Assembly: GCA_034521815.1 (NCBI GenBank) | Contig: JAXHLW010000013.1 | Location: 1,408,001-1,472,000 of the forward strand | Direction of reading: 5' to 3' | Length of the DNA stretch: 64,000 bases | From: Trueperaceae bacterium | GTDB lineage: Bacteria > Deinococcota > Deinococci > Deinococcales > Trueperaceae | Part shown: piece after piece, positions 60,512 through 64,000 of the stretch | Layout: every line of letters starts with the position of its first letter | Numbering within the stretch: the stretch's first letter is position 1 | The notes under the pieces: generated by a model | Databases searched by the model: none | Seen by the model: the letters and a program-made list of their open reading frames with translations, nothing else | Told to the model about the DNA's origin: nothing | Position numbers and translations under genes: made by a program

Positions 60512-62723
60512 ATGACCCGCGACGCCTCACGTTCCGACGAGCCCACCAGCGACGGCGCTGCGGCCCACGGCCCGAACGCCGCCCAAAGCGACCCACCCAC
60601 CGGCGACCGTTCAGAACGCGGTGACCGTCCGAAGCGCGACGGCGGGCGCGGCGACAAGCCCGGCCAGGATCGTCATCGGGGCCGCGGAGCCGAGCTCGGC
60701 CCGGTTGGCGGGCCACGACGCGGCCGCTGGTGGATCTACTTGTTGGTCGGGGCGCTGCTGTACGTCCTCCTCGATCCGTTCGGCGACCGGCGTCCGACCG
60801 TCCCGTACAGCGTGTTCGAGCAGCAGCTGCGCGCAGGGAACGTCGACGAGGTCACCTGGCAGGGACAGGAGATCAGGGGCTCGTTCAGCGAGTCCGTGAC
60901 GCTCTCGACCCAGACGGGACGACCGCTTTCCGCCGCTGGTGACGGTGGCCAGGACGCGCGGTCAGGACGGCGGTCAGGACGACCAAGCGCTGGACGGTGA
61001 AGGCACCTCGGACGACCCCGCCGGCACGACCGTCGAGCAGTTCACCACCTACGTCCCGTCCGGAGGCGACGCCGCCCTGCTCCGGATCATGCGGGAGCAG
61101 GACGTGCTGATCGACACCCGTCCCGAGGCCGACGGCGCGTGGTCCGCGTTGCTGCTGGGCGCCTTGCCGGTCGTCCTGCTGATCGTGCTGGGCCTCTGGT
61201 TCATGAGGCGCATGCAAGCGCAGGGCGGACCGGGATCCGGCCTGTTCCAGGTCGGGCAGAGCAAGGCGAAGCTGTACGAAACCGAAGACGCCGACGTCAC
61301 GTTCGACGACGTCGCCGGAACCGAGGGCGCGAAACAGGAGCTGCGCGAGACGATCTCGTTCCTGAAGGACCCGGATCGGTTCCTGGCGCTGGGCGGCCGC
61401 TCGCCGGCCGGGCTGCTGCTATTGGGGCCGCCCGGAACCGGCAAGACGCTCCTGGCGCGCGCGGTAGCGGGCGAGGCGGGCGTGCCGTTCCTCTCGACCT
61501 CCGGCTCGGACTTCATGGAGATGTTCGTCGGCGTCGGCGCGTCGCGCGTGCGCGACATGTTCGAGGACGCCAAGAAGACCGCCCCGGCGATCATCTTCAT
61601 CGACGAGCTCGACTCGATCGGCCGGCAACGAGGCGCCGGCCTGGGCGGCGGCCACGACGAGCGCGAGCAGACGCTGAACCAGCTGCTCAAGGAGATGGAC
61701 GGGTTCGAGCCGACCGAGAAGGTCATCGTGATGGCGGCGACGAACCGACCCGACGTGCTGGACCCCGCGTTGTTGCGGCCGGGCCGCTTCGATCGCCGTG
61801 TCACGGTGAACCTGCCGCGCAAGGAGGCCCGCCTCGAGATCTTGCGGATCCACGCGCGCGGCAAGCCCCTCGCCGACGACGTGGACCTCGAGTCGTTGGC
61901 GCGCAGCACGCCCGGCATGTCGGGAGCCGACCTCGAGAACCTCCTGAACGAGGCCGCGCTGCACGCCGCCCGCATGGACAAGGACGTGATCGAGGCCGAG
62001 GACATCGGCACGGCGCGTGACAAGGTGCTGCTGGGACGGGAGCGCGAAGGCGTGAACCTCAGCGAGGCCGATCGCCGGACGATCGCGTACCACGAGGCGG
62101 GCCACGCCGTGCTGGCCGCCACGCTGAAGCATGCCGATCCGCTCGAGAAGGTGTCGATCGTCCCCCGCGGGCAGTCGATGGGCGTCACGCACCAGCTGCC
62201 CGCGCGCGAGAAGTACGTGTACGAGCGCGAGTACCTCCTGGACCGGCTGGCGGTCGTGATGGGCGGTCGCGCGGCCGAGATGCTGGCCTTGGGCACGCAG
62301 ACGTCGGGCGCCGCCGGGGACTTCCAGGAGGCGACGAAGCTGGCGCGCCGGATGGTGCGCGAGTTCGGCATGAGCGAGCGGCTGGGGCCGGTGTCGTTCA
62401 AACGCCACGAGGGCCAGGTGTTCCTGGGCGAGCAGCTCGCCGCAGCGCAGCGACGCCAGCGAGCAGACCGAGCGCGAGATCGACGTGGAGGTCCATCGCA
62501 TCCTCAGCGAGGCGATGGAACGCGCGCGCGACACGCTGGAGCCGCGCCGCGAGGCGCTGGACCGGATCGCCGACGAGCTTCGCGAGGACGAGGAGCTCGA
62601 GGGCAGCCGCGTGAGCGAGATCCTGGAGGAGCTCGGCGTGGGCGTGCGGTGTGGGCGTCCGGCGCTGACGACCGCGCTGGCGAGACCGCGCGCGACGACG
62701 AGGACGCGCAGAAGAGCGACTAG
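60512..62723 (+). CDS. ftsH: ATP-dependent zinc metalloprotease FtsH (indels near 60955, 62445, 62645)
   Basis: AAGGAG RBS, two TM segments, [26 protein letters not shown]. Confidence 0.9.
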
Positions 62724-62940
62724 CGCCTGCTGCTGCCGGGCGGCCGTCAGCGACGCCGGGCGAGCGCTTCACGGGCCGGCTGCCGAGCGAGGGACGGACG
62801 GGGTTACGTCCGTCCCTTGTCCGGCCTGCCGCGGCGTGCCAGCGTGGACCATCGCATCGAGGCCACGGCGGCGAGATGGCGCCCGTCGTCGGTTCCGTGA
62901 TCGTTCACAGCGCGCCCCGTCGTGGAGGTCGGTCCGTATC

Positions 62941-63420
62941 GTGCGCACCGCGAAGACGACGCTCGCGCTCCTCGTGTTCTGGCTCGTCGTCGTGCCTCCA
63001 GAGTCGTGGATCGACGTCCTGGTCGGGGCGGTCGCGGCGGGTCTGACCGTGACCTGGTCGCAGCGGTTCTTGTGGCGCCATGCCCAGCCGTACTTCTCGA
63101 CCGTTCCCGTCGCCCGGATCCCGCGCTTCGCGGCGGTGATGGCGCTGCGCATCGTGACCGCCGCGACGCAGGTGCTCACGATCGTGCTGAATCCGCGCCT
63201 GCCGATCGCTCCCGAGCTGCTCGAGGAGACCGTCGCGTTCGAGAGCGAGGCGGCCCGCGTGACGTACGCCAACGCCATCACGGCCACGCCCGGCACGCTG
63301 ACCGTGGACGTCCGGGGGGACACCTTCGTCGTGCACTGCCTGGCGCCGGGACTGGCCGACGACGTGACGCACGGTCGCTTGGCGCGCGACGTGAAGCGGC
63401 TGTTCGGAGAGGCGTCGTGA
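62941..63420 (+). CDS. mrpE: Na+/H+ antiporter subunit E
   Basis: ANAITATPGTLTVD; GGAGG RBS. Confidence 0.85.
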   Translation: MRTAKTTLALLVFWLVVVPPESWIDVLVGAVAAGLTVTWSQRFLWRHAQPYFSTVPVARIPRFAAVMALRIVTAATQVLTIVLNPRLPIAPELLEETVAFESEAARVTYANAITATPGTLTVDVRGDTFVVHCLAPGLADDVTHGRLARDVKRLFGEAS

Positions 63421-63695
63421 CCACCGCGCTGTGGGCCGCGGCGACGGCGCTGCTGGTGATGGCGTTCGCCTGTCTGTGGCGTGCCGACCGAGGCCCGACG
63501 CTGCAGGACCGGATCCTGGCGGTGAACGTGGTGGGGACGAAGACCCTGATCGTGTTGGCGCTGCTGGCCAGGATCGCGGGTCACGACTTCCTTCTGGACG
63601 TCGCGCTGGTGTACGGACTCCTCAACTTCGTGCTCACCATCGCCGCGAGCCGGTTCGTCGAGACCGGCCGCCTGCGCAGCGAGACGCCGTCGTGA
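63417..63695 (+). CDS. mrpF: Na+/H+ antiporter subunit F
   Basis: RGPTLQDRILA, DVALVY; GTGA overlap. Confidence 0.88.
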   Translation: MTTALWAAATALLVMAFACLWRADRGPTLQDRILAVNVVGTKTLIVLALLARIAGHDFLLDVALVYGLLNFVLTIAASRFVETGRLRSETPS

Positions 63696-64000
63696 CGTTT
63701 GCGCTGGACCTGCTCAGCGTGGCCGCGCTGGCGACCGGGGTGACGTTCCTGGCGGGCGGCACCGTCGGACTGGTTCGGCTGCCCGACCTGTTCGCGCGCG
63801 CGCACGCGACCAGCAAGTGCGACACCATCGGCGCGGGCTCGATCCTGTTCGCCCTGGCGCTCCAGAACGGCGCGGGGGCGGGCGACCTCAAGCTGGCGCT
63901 GCTGGCGCTGCTGGTTCTCGTCTCGGGACCGACCACGGCGCACGCGTTGGCGCGCGCCGCCTATCGCACCGGCCGGGTTCCGTGGCGACGGAGCGACACG
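63692..64000 (+). CDS. mrpG: Na+/H+ antiporter subunit G (partial at window edge)
   Basis: GLVRLPDLFARAHATSKCDT, PTTAHALARAA. Confidence 0.85.
   Translation, partial: MTFALDLLSVAALATGVTFLAGGTVGLVRLPDLFARAHATSKCDTIGAGSILFALALQNGAGAGDLKLALLALLVLVSGPTTAHALARAAYRTGRVPWRRSDT

Overview
High-GC bacterial chromosome segment, most consistent with Deinococcota (Trueperaceae-like). This is an inference from the leaderless TANNNT-N6-7-ATG gene starts, the futalosine pathway and the gene content. Housekeeping genes: tdk, hslVU, glgX, mqnE-mqnA, sucA-sucB/lpdA, a PfkB kinase, folA, polX-ligA, ftsH and mrpEFG. They are interleaved with uncharacterised secreted and lipoprotein genes. A tRNA-Ser(GGA) at 32949 is followed by an island-like region of about 13 kb. 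It carries a Tat-exported 7-repeat beta-propeller-like lipoprotein, an unknown beta-rich protein, a HEAT-repeat protein, a ~7.6 kb Ig/YDG/MBG-repeat adhesin lipoprotein and gene debris. From about 25.5 kb onward many genes are broken by single-base indels that look like long-read consensus errors, so several CDS are reconstructed across frames and their ends are approximate. Best leads: (1) a structured leader RNA upstream of an apparently catalytically dead BtrH/DUF4872-like protein with a basic N-terminal module; (2) the tRNA-Ser island operon; (3) a ~50-nt sRNA candidate with its own promoter and terminator; (4) a YtxJ/BrxC thioredoxin fused to an immunity-like domain; (5) a dead transglutaminase-like secreted protein with a hydrophobic Cys-rich tip; (6) two microproteins missed by the ORF track.
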